The position numbers were made by a program, and so were the translations under genes. Of a stretch of DNA of 64,000 nt, positions 27,077 to 36,982 are shown one piece after another. The notes under the pieces were generated by a model. It worked only from the letters and a program-made list of their open reading frames with translations. It did not search any database and was not told the DNA's origin. The number at the start of each line of letters is the position of its first letter. Position 1 is the stretch's first letter. Origin of the DNA: Deltaproteobacteria bacterium (GTDB lineage: Bacteria > Myxococcota > Kuafuiibacteriia > Kuafuiibacteriales > Kuafuiibacteriaceae); assembly GCA_040218735.1 (NCBI GenBank), contig JAVJQW010000011.1, forward strand, positions 96,001 through 160,000. Reading direction: 5' to 3'.

Positions 27077-29875
27077 TTACTCGAAGACGATGTACGCGAC
27101 CTGCTCGGTCGTGTGCCTTCGTTCGCTGCCGCCGATCGTGTCTTCGTCGAACGCGAGATCGATCCCCGTCGGCGACAGCGGGTTGGGACCGTAGAGCAGC
27201 GGCCAGCCGCCGTCGTTTCCGTCCATGCCCGCCGCCGACACGACCGCCACCGAAGCCGACGCGAGCCCGCTCAGCGCGTAGCCGTAAGGCGGGTTGTTGC
27301 CGAAGCCCTGAACCTGGTCCGCACCGACGTCCGCGACGTAGCCGTGTCCCTCGATCGCCCCCGCGCCCGCCTCGAGGACCACGTAGCCGACCGTCTCCAT
27401 CGCGCGCGACGTGAGGCTGTCCTCGGCGACGTGTTTGCCCACGAAGAGCGCGCTCGACAAAGGCGGCGAGCTGCGGTTGCTCCCGCGCGCCCAGAACACC
27501 GACCACAGGTTGTCGTTCGTGGTCATGACCTGCCCGAGCACGACGGGGTTCGCGTAGGCGTTCGACGTCGAGCGCGCTTCGCCGTTCCAGCTCCCGCGCG
27601 AGTCCGTCACCGTGGAGTCGTACCGCACCGCCTCCATCGTCACGCCGTCCTGCGCGGCGGTGTACACGCCCTCCTCCACCACGAAACACGCGATGCCGAC
27701 GCCCGACACCGGCGCGTCAGTGCCCGCCGCGTCGATCGCGGCGACTTCGAAGCTCGAGCCCGACGCGTTGCGGACACGCACGACGTTGGGGACCGTCGCG
27801 CCTTCGTAGCTCGGCGCGCACACCACGACCATCGACGTGTAGCTGGTGCCCAACGCAACCGTCGACCAGCCCGCGCCGCTCGTGAGCGACACCGTCGAGA
27901 GGTTCGGTCCCGCGGCGCAGATGTTCGCGCCCGAGCAGCTCCCCGCGCCGTCGCAGGTGTCGGGGGACGTGCAGCTGTCGCCGTCGTCGCACGAAGTGCC
28001 GGCGGCGAGCGGGCTCGCGACGCACTGCGCGCTCGGTTCGTCACAGATCCCCGCGTTGCACTGATCGTCGAGCCCGCTGCAGTCGACGGCGCTCCCCGCG
28101 ACGCACACACCGGCGTCGCAGATCTCCACGCCGTTGCAGAACAGGCCGTCGTCGCACTCGCCGTTCGTCGTGCACCCGCTCGTGCACGCATCGAACGTCT
28201 GGTTGGTGTTCGGCGCGCCGCGTGTCTCGGGCGCCGGTCCCTCCCACGTGAACGCCGCGGAGTCGCCGCCGGTGCCCGCGCGTTGGAGGGAGTCACCGAT
28301 CGGCGTGGTCGTGGGCTCGCTGACGCCGATGTCCACCGACGTCATGCCGTTCGCCGGCCCGGAGGTCGCGACGAGCGTCCCCTCGTAGCTAATGAAGTCG
28401 AGCACGGTGCCCTGCGCATCGACCAGCGCGAGCCCGTCCGGTGAGCCGTTCTGCATGGAGCCGAAGTCGAAGTCGAGCGTCCCGATGCAGCCGCCTTGGT
28501 CCACGACCGTCCCCGAGAGGCTCACCGTCGCGTAGGGCGCGCCGTTGCTGCCGTTGTAACCGACGACCGACCACCCAGTGAGGTCCGTCCCCGCCGCCGC
28601 GGCGACTTCGACGAACTCGCCGACATCGCCGCTCGCGTTGTCGTAGTGGAGCTCGTTGATCCACGCGCTCGCCCCCTGGCTCGCACCCGGCGTCGCGCTG
28701 ACGATGGTCCCCTGCGCCGACTCGTTCCCCGCGAGGTCGACCGCGGTCACGACGTACTCGTACGTCGTCCCGTTGCTCACGCCTCCGTCCGCGAACAGTG
28801 AGGTCGTGACAATCGATCCATTCAAACGAACGAACGCCCCACCGCCCGTACGACGGTACACGAAGTACCCGATGAGGCCGGGGTCCACGTGGTCGTTCCA
28901 ATCGAGCTCCACGAGCCCGTTCCCCGGCGCCGCCGCGAGGCCGCTGACGGTCGCGGGCGCCGTGGTGTCCCCGCACGTGTCGCTGAACGCGCAGGCGACC
29001 CACTCCGGGTGGTCGACGAACGGGTTGCGGTTGCCCTGGAAGCTGAACACCACGTCGTTGCGCGCGATCTCGCCGGCGTCCACCGGGTCCTCGATATGCC
29101 AGCGCAGCAGCTCCGAGCGAATGCCCATGTACGCGACGGACGCGTTGCTCCCGGTGATCGACGCGGAGATGAGCGCCTGGTCGTCGGTGAGGATCAGGTC
29201 CGGCTCGCTGTGTCCGGTCCCCCCGTGCGTCCCGCCTTCGTACCGAACGTCGAGGTACAGCACGGCCCGCGCGACGTCGCCGCGGCGCCCGATCCACGTC
29301 TCCCAGGTCCCGGTGTCGTTCGACCCCGAGCGCCAGTTGGAGTCCCCGGGATAGCCGCCCCCAACGCCGCCCCGCCCGTCGTTCGCGACGGTCACCTCTT
29401 CGGTGCACGTGGCGTCGCAGTACCGGTACGGCCGGTTGGCCCGCGCGCTGTTGTACGAGTCGTTCGAGAGGAACAACGCGTGGGTGTCCGAGTACGGATA
29501 GTTCGACTGGTTGTCGTTCGGGAACCCGAACGAAGACGGCCACGTGTGCTCCCGGTTGTAGTCGGAGTTCCCGCCCCCCGCCTTCGCGTAGGAGTCGTTC
29601 CGATACACGTCGAGGATCCGGTTCGCGTCGTTCGGATCCTCGTCCGCGAGCTCCAGGATGTCCCACGTATCGAGCGCCGTGCTCGTGAACGGGAACCGCT
29701 GATGGTCATCGATCGCGTCGTGCAGCGTCGCCCGCAACGCCGACGGCGACGAATCATCGACGAGGTCGTAATAGTTCGGCGTAATCGACGCGACCTCCTC
29801 CGCGGTCATCCGCTGCGGCCCAGGCGTGCAGGCGATCAGGAGGAGCGGCAGGGCGAACCCAAAGCGGTGCGGCAT
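27077..29875 (-). CDS. Extracellular endonuclease I (Bsn/EndA-like His-Me nuclease) with Fn3, lamin-tail-like, Cys-rich and C-terminal beta domains
   Basis: [40 protein letters not shown]...RND...[13 protein letters not shown]; [14 protein letters not shown] (Fn3); WINELHYDN (LTD). Confidence 0.92.
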   Translation of the reverse strand: MPHRFGFALPLLLIACTPGPQRMTAEEVASITPNYYDLVDDSSPSALRATLHDAIDDHQRFPFTSTALDTWDILELADEDPNDANRILDVYRNDSYAKAGGGNSDYNREHTWPSSFGFPNDNQSNYPYSDTHALFLSNDSYNSARANRPYRYCDATCTEEVTVANDGRGGVGGGYPGDSNWRSGSNDTGTWETWIGRRGDVARAVLYLDVRYEGGTHGGTGHSEPDLILTDDQALISASITGSNASVAYMGIRSELLRWHIEDPVDAGEIARNDVVFSFQGNRNPFVDHPEWVACAFSDTCGDTTAPATVSGLAAAPGNGLVELDWNDHVDPGLIGYFVYRRTGGGAFVRLNGSIVTTSLFADGGVSNGTTYEYVVTAVDLAGNESAQGTIVSATPGASQGASAWINELHYDNASGDVGEFVEVAAAAGTDLTGWSVVGYNGSNGAPYATVSLSGTVVDQGGCIGTLDFDFGSMQNGSPDGLALVDAQGTVLDFISYEGTLVATSGPANGMTSVDIGVSEPTTTPIGDSLQRAGTGGDSAAFTWEGPAPETRGAPNTNQTFDACTSGCTTNGECDDGLFCNGVEICDAGVCVAGSAVDCSGLDDQCNAGICDEPSAQCVASPLAAGTSCDDGDSCTSPDTCDGAGSCSGANICAAGPNLSTVSLTSGAGWSTVALGTSYTSMVVVCAPSYEGATVPNVVRVRNASGSSFEVAAIDAAGTDAPVSGVGIACFVVEEGVYTAAQDGVTMEAVRYDSTVTDSRGSWNGEARSTSNAYANPVVLGQVMTTNDNLWSVFWARGSNRSSPPLSSALFVGKHVAEDSLTSRAMETVGYVVLEAGAGAIEGHGYVADVGADQVQGFGNNPPYGYALSGLASASVAVVSAAGMDGNDGGWPLLYGPNPLSPTGIDLAFDEDTIGGSERRHTTEQVAYIVFE

Positions 29876-29903
29876 CGCAGAGTACTACGCAAGAATTCGA
29901 AGA

Positions 29904-30117
29904 GCCTTCCTGGGCGAGGGGCGCGAGGGGCGAGGCGAAGCCGAGCCACGAGCCTACAAAGCCACCCAGAGCCAAGGACGAGCAAACGACCCCCTCGAAG
30001 AGGGGCTCGTTTGCGAGGCCAAGGCAGTCCGCTCATGCGGGACTCGACCGGAAGGTGAGCCAAAGGCGAACCGAACGTCCGAGCCCCCCTTTAGTAGTGG
30101 AGGGCGAAGCCCGGAGC
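29904..30117 (+). repeat. tRNA-linked structured palindromic element (REP/TRIP-like)
   Basis: Four hairpins with GAA/AAA triloops, three with tandem GA internal loops, directly abutting the tRNA-Leu 3' end. Confidence 0.65.
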
Positions 30118-30201
30118 TGCGAAAGGGGGGACTCGAACCCCCACGTCCATACAGACACAGAAACCTGAATCCTGCGCGTCTACCAGTTCCGCCACTTTCG
30201 C
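30118..30201 (-). tRNA. tRNA-Leu(CAG), CCA not encoded
   Basis: Reverse complement GCGAAAGTGGCGGAACTGGTAGACGCGCAGGATTCAGGTTTCTG...GGGGGTTCGAGTCCCCCCTTTCGCA; long variable arm. Confidence 0.97.
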
Positions 30202-30212
30202 GAGGCGGCAAA

Positions 30213-30241
30213 CGGGTACGTGTTCACCGCACCGTTGTCAA
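30213..30241 (-). promoter_or_regulatory. Sigma70-type promoter for tRNA-Leu(CAG)
   Basis: TTGACA-N17-TACCCG on the minus strand, about 11 nt upstream of the tRNA 5' end; the -35 box overlaps the hydrolase stop codon. Confidence 0.6.
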
Positions 30242-31176
30242 GCACGCACGACGAAGGCCCAGAGTTCTTCGGCGAGGCGTGCGGCGTGGTGACCAAGCGG
30301 GACGTCGACGTGGCTGCCGCCCGGGATCTGAACCAGGCGGCGCGGTCCGGCCTGACCGGGTCCGAGCAGCGGCCGCACGCTCTTGGGCGGGGCGAAGACG
30401 TCGTGCGTGCCGACGACGAGCGCGACCGGGAGCGGCGAGCGGCGCACGCAGTCGACGAGGTCGAGCCCGAGCAGCTCGGGGCGGCGCCGCACGGCCATCC
30501 GGGCGAGCTGGCGGGCGACGCGCGGGGACTCCGGATCGGCCGACGCGAGCGCACCGCGGAGCGCCGCGCGTTCGCCCGCGGACGGCGTCACGAGCGAAGT
30601 GAAGCGCTGCAACCCGCGCAGCCCGGGCGGGGCGCGGTCCTTGGTGAGCGGCCGGCTCACGAGCCGCAGGAAGTGATGCATCGGCACCCGACGACCACGC
30701 GCGGCCACCGGCGCGAGCAGCGCGGCGGCGCGCACCGCGGTCCGCGTGGCCCCGAGGATCGCCGGGGCGCAGTAGGTGACGAGCGAGGCGAGCAGCACGT
30801 CGCGGGTCAGGAGCGCGTACCCGAGCATCCCGCCCATGGAGTGGCCGCCGAGGTGCACGGGGCCGCCGGTGCGTTCGGCGACGGCGCGGATCAACGCTGG
30901 GAGGTCTTCGTCGAGGTGGTCGGCGAGGTCCCAGGGGCGCTCCGGTCGCTGAGAGCGCCCGTGGCCGCGCAGCTCGCCGTAGAAGACCCGCGCCCCGCAG
31001 CGGACGAAGGCGTCGGGCAGCGCGCCGAGCGCGAAGGTGTGGCGGTTCTGGGCGAAGCCGTGGACGAGGAGGACGCCGGGGCCGTCGCCGCCGACTTCGT
31101 GCAGCGCGAGGCGGACGCCATCGCGGGTCTGAACCGTGTGCTCCCGGGGGTGAACCTCGTGGGATCTGCGGTTCAC
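30238..31176 (-). CDS. Alpha/beta fold hydrolase
   Basis: VLLVHGFAQN, ELRGHGRS, GHSMGG nucleophile elbow, GTHD, GSHVD. Confidence 0.9.
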   Translation of the reverse strand: MNRRSHEVHPREHTVQTRDGVRLALHEVGGDGPGVLLVHGFAQNRHTFALGALPDAFVRCGARVFYGELRGHGRSQRPERPWDLADHLDEDLPALIRAVAERTGGPVHLGGHSMGGMLGYALLTRDVLLASLVTYCAPAILGATRTAVRAAALLAPVAARGRRVPMHHFLRLVSRPLTKDRAPPGLRGLQRFTSLVTPSAGERAALRGALASADPESPRVARQLARMAVRRRPELLGLDLVDCVRRSPLPVALVVGTHDVFAPPKSVRPLLGPGQAGPRRLVQIPGGSHVDVPLGHHAARLAEELWAFVVRA

Positions 31177-31196
31177 GACTGCGGGATTCAGGGGGA

Positions 31197-31270
31197 TGGT
31201 GAGGGGCGGACTTGAACCGCCGACCTAGGGCTTATGAGACCCCCGCTCTAACCGACTGAGCTACCCCACC
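31197..31270 (-). tRNA. tRNA with CAT anticodon, probably elongator tRNA-Met; CCA not encoded
   Basis: Reverse complement GGTGGGGTAGCTCAGTCGGTTAGAGCGGGGGTCTCATAAGCCCTAGGTCGGCGGTTCAAGTCCGCCCCTCACCA. G1-C72 is paired, so it is not the initiator; Ile2 is not fully excluded. Confidence 0.93.
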
Positions 31271-31318
31271 AAACCGGGGTGTGCGGATAGCACCAAGGAC
31301 GCGCGCAGGAAAGACTTT

Positions 31319-31609
31319 TTACTTCTTGAACAGCGCTTCGAGGCTGTTGAGCGCGGCGTCGCGATCCTCCTCCATCTCCGACTCACCTTCGCGCGGGATG
31401 AAGTAGGTGCAGAAGTTCGCCTTCTCCTTGTCCGGCTCCCAGACCGTGGTCGATTCCCGGCACTGGTTGTGGACGTTCGGATCGAAGAACTTGCAGTTCT
31501 TACACGAGTGCAGGTCCGCCCCGCAGTGCTCGCAGGAGTCGGCGCGTTTGACCTTGTCGATCAGCTCCGTGGCGCCGTTGCACTTCCAGCAGTAGAGGAC
31601 GCTGTCCAT
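31319..31609 (-). CDS. Conserved small Cys-rich (double zinc-binding) hypothetical protein
   Basis: CWKC...CEHCGADLHSCKNCKFFD...QCRE...KEKANFCTYF...LEALFKK. Confidence 0.8.
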   Translation of the reverse strand: MDSVLYCWKCNGATELIDKVKRADSCEHCGADLHSCKNCKFFDPNVHNQCRESTTVWEPDKEKANFCTYFIPREGESEMEEDRDAALNSLEALFKK

Positions 31610-31715
31610 GACGGGCCGAGCCTGAGCGCGGTCGGCGGCCGAGGCAAGTGTTTTCATGCATCGGCAATCCGGTGGACTGCCGATTCGCAGCGAAACCTGA
31701 TTGATTGGGCACTGG

Positions 31716-34427
31716 ATGCGAACGTCGATACTCCCCTTCGCCATCGCCCTGCTCGCCTTCTCCTGTAGCGGCGACGACGACGGCGACGAACCCGCGCGCC
31801 CCGCGTGCAAGTACCACAGCGACTGCGGCACCGGCGTGTGCTTCCAGCTCGAGTGCCACCCGACCGGCACGTGCTTCGACCGCGGCAACTGCCGCACGAT
31901 CCCCGTCTGCGCCGACGAGCAGTGCATCTGCGACACCGACGCGAACCGCTGCCTCCCGGTCTGTGAGACGGACAACGACTGCTCCGCCGAAGCGCACTGC
32001 CTCGACGGTCGCTGCGAGGCGCACCCCGCGGCGGAGTTCATCGCGACGCCCGGCCCCGGCGGCAGCGCGCGCGGCGCGTTGCAGGTCGGCCTCGGGATCG
32101 CGCCGCTCGACTTCCCGGTCGGTGTGTCGCTCGCCGGGTACGGCAGCCGCTTCGGACCGCGCACGCCGTACCGCGACTCACTCGGCGGATCGAGCGCGTG
32201 GTTCGATCGACCCGACGTGCGCGCGCTGGTGTTCGACGATGGCAAGGAGCTGTTCGTCCTCCTCCGGCTCCCCACCTGCTGGACCACGGACTTCATGGTC
32301 GCGCGCACCGCCGAGAAGGTGATGGAAGCGACCGGCGTGAACCTGATCGATCACATCCTCACCTCGTCGCCGCACAGCCACTCGCAGCCTGCGCGTTACT
32401 GGCACCTCGTGAAGGGCCTCGGCTTCGGGTTCTTCGGGTACGGCGAGTGGTCGCCGGAGATCTTCGAGCGCCTCACGTCGTCCTTCGCGGAGGCGATCAT
32501 CATGGCGATGGACGCACGCGAGCCCGCGAAGTTCGGCTACGCGGTCCTCGACGACTTCGACCCGACCAACGACATCAACCGCGACCGCCGCGAGCGCAAC
32601 AACGGCCTGCCGAACGACGACGGCAAGGACAACCGCATGGTCGTGATGCGCGTCGACGACGCCAACGACCAACCGATCGCGGTGCTCTCGAACTTCGGCA
32701 TCCACGGCACGGTGTTCGGGAGCAGCAACCCCGTCGTCACCGCCGACGCGGGCGGCGGCGTGGAGGGTGTCCTCACCGACCGCGCGAGCGAGAAGTACGG
32801 GCGTGACGTCACCGGCTTCTTCATCCAGGGCAACGCGGGCGACATCTCCCCCGACGGCGACGACCTCGGGCACCCCGACTTCGAACGCATCCAGCTGATC
32901 GGCGAGCGTGCGTGGGGCGTGATCGAGCCGGCGCTCGACGGCATCACGACGTCGGCCGACACGAAGGTCGGCTTCGCGACCCAGCGCGTCCCGATCACCC
33001 ACGAGCTGCTCGGCTACGGGCCGGGCAAGTTCTTCGACGCCAACGTGTCCTGCGAGAACGGGCGCGACTACTTCCGGTTCGGCGCGTTCCAGTGCGTCGA
33101 GGGGTTGATCGACGACGAGGACCCGAGCACCGCGTTCGAGGACGGCGCGCTCAACTGCGTCTTCGGCGTGGAGTGCCTGACGGACGGGCACCCGGTGCCG
33201 CAGTTCCAGAAGACGGTGCTGTCGGTGGCGCGCCTCGGCACGCTCGCGCTCGCGTCGATGCCCGGCGAGCCGCTCTCGCAGTTCGGGCGCGACCACTCGG
33301 ACCGTATCGAGTCGGCGGTCGAAGGCATCGAGGACGCGACGATCCTCGGCTACAGCCAGGACCACCACTTCTACCTCCTCAACGAGGACGACTGGCTGCA
33401 GGGCGGCTACGAGCCGTCGCGCGACATCTGGGGCTGGAAGTTCGGCCCGTACCTCCAGGACAACTCCCTCGCGATCGCCGAACAGCTCGCGGCGGAGCCG
33501 GAGGACCGCACGCTCGACAACCAAAACCTCAAGCCGATGTACTGGGTCGACCCGCCGGAGGAGACGGCGTGGGTCGAGCTCACGCCGACGTCCGGCGACC
33601 CGGCGGCGTTTTCGATCGACGCGCCCGCGCAGCACGAGCGCCTCGACGAGCTCGTCGTCGAGTGGGCGGGCGGACACCCCGGCGTCGACCAGCCGGTGGT
33701 CATCCTCGAGCGCGACGACGGCCAAGGCTTCGCGCCGGTTCGCAAGCCTGGGGACCGCGTCTACGACGACCGCGGCTTCGAGATGATCGTCGAGTACCGC
33801 GGCGCGTGCACGCGCGCGCAGTGTGAGGACCACAAGTGGGCGGTGCGCTGGCAGGAGCGCGGCGACTTCCCGCTCGGCACGTACCGCCTCGCGATCTCGG
33901 GGCGCGCGTTCGTCAGTGGCTCGGTCGTCGACTACACGATGAACACCGCGGCGTTCGAGGTCGTGGCGTCGACGCGGATGCAGTTGTGGAACCTCGCGTT
34001 CGACGGCGAGGCGCTCACGGGCTTCGCCGCCGAGACGCCGCTCGTGCGCCTCGAGCCGGACGGCGACACGTTCACCGCCGAGGACAACACGTTCCTGCTC
34101 CGCTCCACCGAAGCACCCGCGCAGTACGGCGCACCGCTCGCCGACGGTTCGATGGTCACGATCGCCGGCACCGTGCGCGCCCCCGGCGGCGCGACGACCT
34201 CGATCGACACGTCGGTCGCCACCACGCGCCTCACCACGGCGCGGCGCCGCATCACGGGCGTCGACGCGGAGGGCGTGGTGCAGTGGGCGAACGGCCGCGA
34301 GTACCCGACGAGCCGGTGGTCCGTGAGCGACGCAGCGTTCACGGAGACCGGCGACTACTTCGTGTCGCTGACGATGACGGACACACGCGGCAACCTCGGA
34401 ACGGTGACGGCGACGGTGACGCGCTGA
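31716..34427 (+). CDS. Neutral/alkaline ceramidase-family lipoprotein with N-terminal Cys-rich repeats
   Basis: Lipobox AFSC; LAGYG, HSHSQP, NRDRR, NFGIHGT, TADAGG, QGNAGDISP, MPGEP, GYSQD...GGYE. Confidence 0.85.
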   Translation: MRTSILPFAIALLAFSCSGDDDGDEPARPACKYHSDCGTGVCFQLECHPTGTCFDRGNCRTIPVCADEQCICDTDANRCLPVCETDNDCSAEAHCLDGRCEAHPAAEFIATPGPGGSARGALQVGLGIAPLDFPVGVSLAGYGSRFGPRTPYRDSLGGSSAWFDRPDVRALVFDDGKELFVLLRLPTCWTTDFMVARTAEKVMEATGVNLIDHILTSSPHSHSQPARYWHLVKGLGFGFFGYGEWSPEIFERLTSSFAEAIIMAMDAREPAKFGYAVLDDFDPTNDINRDRRERNNGLPNDDGKDNRMVVMRVDDANDQPIAVLSNFGIHGTVFGSSNPVVTADAGGGVEGVLTDRASEKYGRDVTGFFIQGNAGDISPDGDDLGHPDFERIQLIGERAWGVIEPALDGITTSADTKVGFATQRVPITHELLGYGPGKFFDANVSCENGRDYFRFGAFQCVEGLIDDEDPSTAFEDGALNCVFGVECLTDGHPVPQFQKTVLSVARLGTLALASMPGEPLSQFGRDHSDRIESAVEGIEDATILGYSQDHHFYLLNEDDWLQGGYEPSRDIWGWKFGPYLQDNSLAIAEQLAAEPEDRTLDNQNLKPMYWVDPPEETAWVELTPTSGDPAAFSIDAPAQHERLDELVVEWAGGHPGVDQPVVILERDDGQGFAPVRKPGDRVYDDRGFEMIVEYRGACTRAQCEDHKWAVRWQERGDFPLGTYRLAISGRAFVSGSVVDYTMNTAAFEVVASTRMQLWNLAFDGEALTGFAAETPLVRLEPDGDTFTAEDNTFLLRSTEAPAQYGAPLADGSMVTIAGTVRAPGGATTSIDTSVATTRLTTARRRITGVDAEGVVQWANGREYPTSRWSVSDAAFTETGDYFVSLTMTDTRGNLGTVTATVTR

Positions 34428-34428
34428 C

Positions 34429-35553
34429 ATGACGGCTCGCGCTCGGTGGCTCCCGGCGCTCGCCATCCTCGCGTTCGGTTGCAGCGCCAGCCCGAGCCCG
34501 GAGCTCGGCGGACGCGGCGACATCCGAAACATCGGCCAGCTCCCCCTCGCCGGCAACGGTTGCGGCGCACGAGGCGAGCGATGCTGTGGACCCGATCGCG
34601 AAGACGTCCCGTGCGACACGAAGTGGTTGCGCTGCCAGGAGAACGACATCTGCGGCGACTGCGGCGCGCTGGGGCAGTCGTGTTGCGAAGACGCCTGCCA
34701 GGATGGCCTCGCGTGTGAGGACGAGCGGTGCAGCCTCCCGCGCCAGGAGGCTCGGCCCGTCGCGTTCTACGAGGCGAAGCAAGGTCAGGTCGTGAAGATG
34801 TGGCCGGCGACCGAGGGATTCTGCGCGCTGACGGGGATCGCGGGTGATCTCCAGGGCGGTGGTGAGATCGTCGATGTCTACGTCGGCTCCGACGGCTACT
34901 GGAGGCTGAGCGCACAGTCCGGCCAAGGCTGGATCCGAGGCGAAGCACACTGCGTCGCGCACGACGCGTTCCTCGCCGACAGCGAGGTGCGCCAATCCTT
35001 CCCCGTCCAAGGGCGCGCGCGCGCCACCGCGCAGGCCTGCGAGGACGACACCGGCCCCTTCACGCCCGGTTGTACGTGTCACGCGAACCGCGGCGCGGTC
35101 GAACACGGCGACGCGGTCCGGGGCGGCCTCGCGTGCTCCGTCAGCCGTATCTCGGGGCGGTTCAGTGGGAGCGAGGCGGTCCAAACGCTGCTCGGGAGCG
35201 TCGAGGTCACGTCGTGTGGCCCGCCCTGGGTACAAGGCGAGGCGCGCTGCATGTACTTCGGGCAGACGCGTGTCGCCTATGACGCTCCCAACGAGTTCCG
35301 GAACGTCTCCACCTTCCCGAACCCCACCGAGATGAGCCTGACGAGCCGTGCGTTTTGCTACCTGACGAAGGTGAGCGGTCAGTTCCGCGGCGGTGCGGAG
35401 TTCGTCCGAATCAGTCGCAACGAAGACAGCGGGAGCGGCCGGTGGTACCTGCGCGCGGGCGCGGGCGCCGCGGCCGGCAACGCCGGGACACGCGGCACCG
35501 CGCGCTGCGTGCTCTACGACCAGCGCTGGAACCCGCCCGCGCTCCCGGACTGA
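34429..35553 (+). CDS. Hypothetical lipoprotein with Cys-rich region and three internal repeats
   Basis: Lipobox AFGC; repeats FCALTGIAG / ACSVSRISG / FCYLTKVSG, each ending G.A.C; starts just after the ceramidase stop. Confidence 0.75.
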   Translation: MTARARWLPALAILAFGCSASPSPELGGRGDIRNIGQLPLAGNGCGARGERCCGPDREDVPCDTKWLRCQENDICGDCGALGQSCCEDACQDGLACEDERCSLPRQEARPVAFYEAKQGQVVKMWPATEGFCALTGIAGDLQGGGEIVDVYVGSDGYWRLSAQSGQGWIRGEAHCVAHDAFLADSEVRQSFPVQGRARATAQACEDDTGPFTPGCTCHANRGAVEHGDAVRGGLACSVSRISGRFSGSEAVQTLLGSVEVTSCGPPWVQGEARCMYFGQTRVAYDAPNEFRNVSTFPNPTEMSLTSRAFCYLTKVSGQFRGGAEFVRISRNEDSGSGRWYLRAGAGAAAGNAGTRGTARCVLYDQRWNPPALPD

Positions 35554-35555
35554 CG

Positions 35556-35996
35556 CTACAGCTGCGGGCCGGTGATGTAGGTCTCCAGCTGCTCGACTTC
35601 GTCGCGCAGGTCGCTGGTGACCCACTTCGTGAGGTCGCCGATCGACACCATCCCCACCAGCCGCGTCCCCTCCATCACCGGGAGGTGGCGGAGGCGGCGG
35701 TCCGTCATCAGGCGCATCGCGTCCATCACCGACATGCGCGGCTCGACGGTCACGAGCGGCGACGACATCAGCTCCCCGACCGGGACGTCCTTCGGCTCCC
35801 GCTCGGATTCGACGACGCGCCGGAGCACGTCGCGTTCGGTGAAGATGCCGACCGGGACGTCGTGCTCGACGACGAGGACGGCGCCGATCCGGTTCTCGTT
35901 CATCGCCCGCACGGCGGCGAGCGCGGTCGTTTCGGGCGTTACGGTGTGAACCGCGTGCCCCTTCTTGTCCAAGAGCGTTCGAAGATCACTCTGCAT
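35556..35996 (-). CDS. CBS domain pair protein
   Basis: IGAVLVV...GIFTERDVLRRV...MTDRRLRHLPV...GMVSIGDL. Confidence 0.93.
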   Translation of the reverse strand: MQSDLRTLLDKKGHAVHTVTPETTALAAVRAMNENRIGAVLVVEHDVPVGIFTERDVLRRVVESEREPKDVPVGELMSSPLVTVEPRMSVMDAMRLMTDRRLRHLPVMEGTRLVGMVSIGDLTKWVTSDLRDEVEQLETYITGPQL

Positions 35997-36069
35997 CGTT
36001 GGTTTCCCCCTTGAATCGGAAAACCTACGACCAAGCCCGGGTCATCCCGCAAGCGACCGCCGACGCCAC

Positions 36070-36954
36070 CTAGCGACGATGTGCTCGGCGCCGCACCCAC
36101 GCCCACAGTCCGATCACGAGGACGGCGACGGGACTCGCGCCGCGCCCTCGACGTTCGACGCCGCACGCGCAGCCTCGGCCGTCGAGCGGAGCGCGCGTGG
36201 GCGCCCTCCCCAGCCCGCCGGACGCGCCCATCGTCCCAGCGTCGACGACGCCCGCGTCGGGCTGCTCGACGACGCGCTGAAGATCGACGCAGACCAGCTC
36301 CGAGTCGGCGAAGTTGCCGGCGAGGTCGATCGCACGGACGAAGTAACAGCGCTCGCCGGGCGTCACGCCCGCGACGACACCGATCGTGACGTTCTCTGTC
36401 GCGGCGCCGTCGGGACCGAGCCGCGACGACACGAGCTGCAGCGGCTGCCCCGGCGTCGCTTCGAACAAGTAGAACGCGCCGAGGCCGAAGTCGTCGGCGA
36501 TGAGATCGACGACGAGCTCCACATAAAAGCCTTCGTCGATGCACATCGACGAGTTCTCCTCGCGGTACATCGCCGTCGCCGAGATGACCTCGCCGACCGC
36601 GGGCGCCACGAGGTCGTCGAACGAGACGACGCGGAACTCGCGCCGGATCGCTTCCACGTCGGGGCGCCCCGACTCCGCCGACACGATCGCCTCGCGTCCG
36701 AAGTACGTACCGTCGTTGTAGATCTCGTACACGCTGGCGTGCGGTTCGACGCGCAGCGGAATGAAGACGTCGAAGTCGAGCCACGTCGCTTCGACCGGAT
36801 CGACCTCGAACCCCGACACGTACCAGACGCCGTTGCGCGGGATGCGACCGCCCTCGCGCGGCGCGGTCTCGGCGAAGCCGTGGAACAGCGAGCAGGCCTC
36901 GGCGGGCTCGGGCACGGCGAGCAGGAACAACAGGGCCAACGGGAGCGCGCGCAT
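36070..36954 (-). CDS. Secreted hypothetical protein with MYXO-CTERM-like tail
   Basis: Signal peptide ending AEAC; YFVRAIDLAGN; C-terminal GCAC...hydrophobic...RRR. Confidence 0.75.
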   Translation of the reverse strand: MRALPLALLFLLAVPEPAEACSLFHGFAETAPREGGRIPRNGVWYVSGFEVDPVEATWLDFDVFIPLRVEPHASVYEIYNDGTYFGREAIVSAESGRPDVEAIRREFRVVSFDDLVAPAVGEVISATAMYREENSSMCIDEGFYVELVVDLIADDFGLGAFYLFEATPGQPLQLVSSRLGPDGAATENVTIGVVAGVTPGERCYFVRAIDLAGNFADSELVCVDLQRVVEQPDAGVVDAGTMGASGGLGRAPTRAPLDGRGCACGVERRGRGASPVAVLVIGLWAWVRRRAHRR

Positions 36955-36982
36955 GGTCGTCGCCCGCCATGTTAACGCGAAT

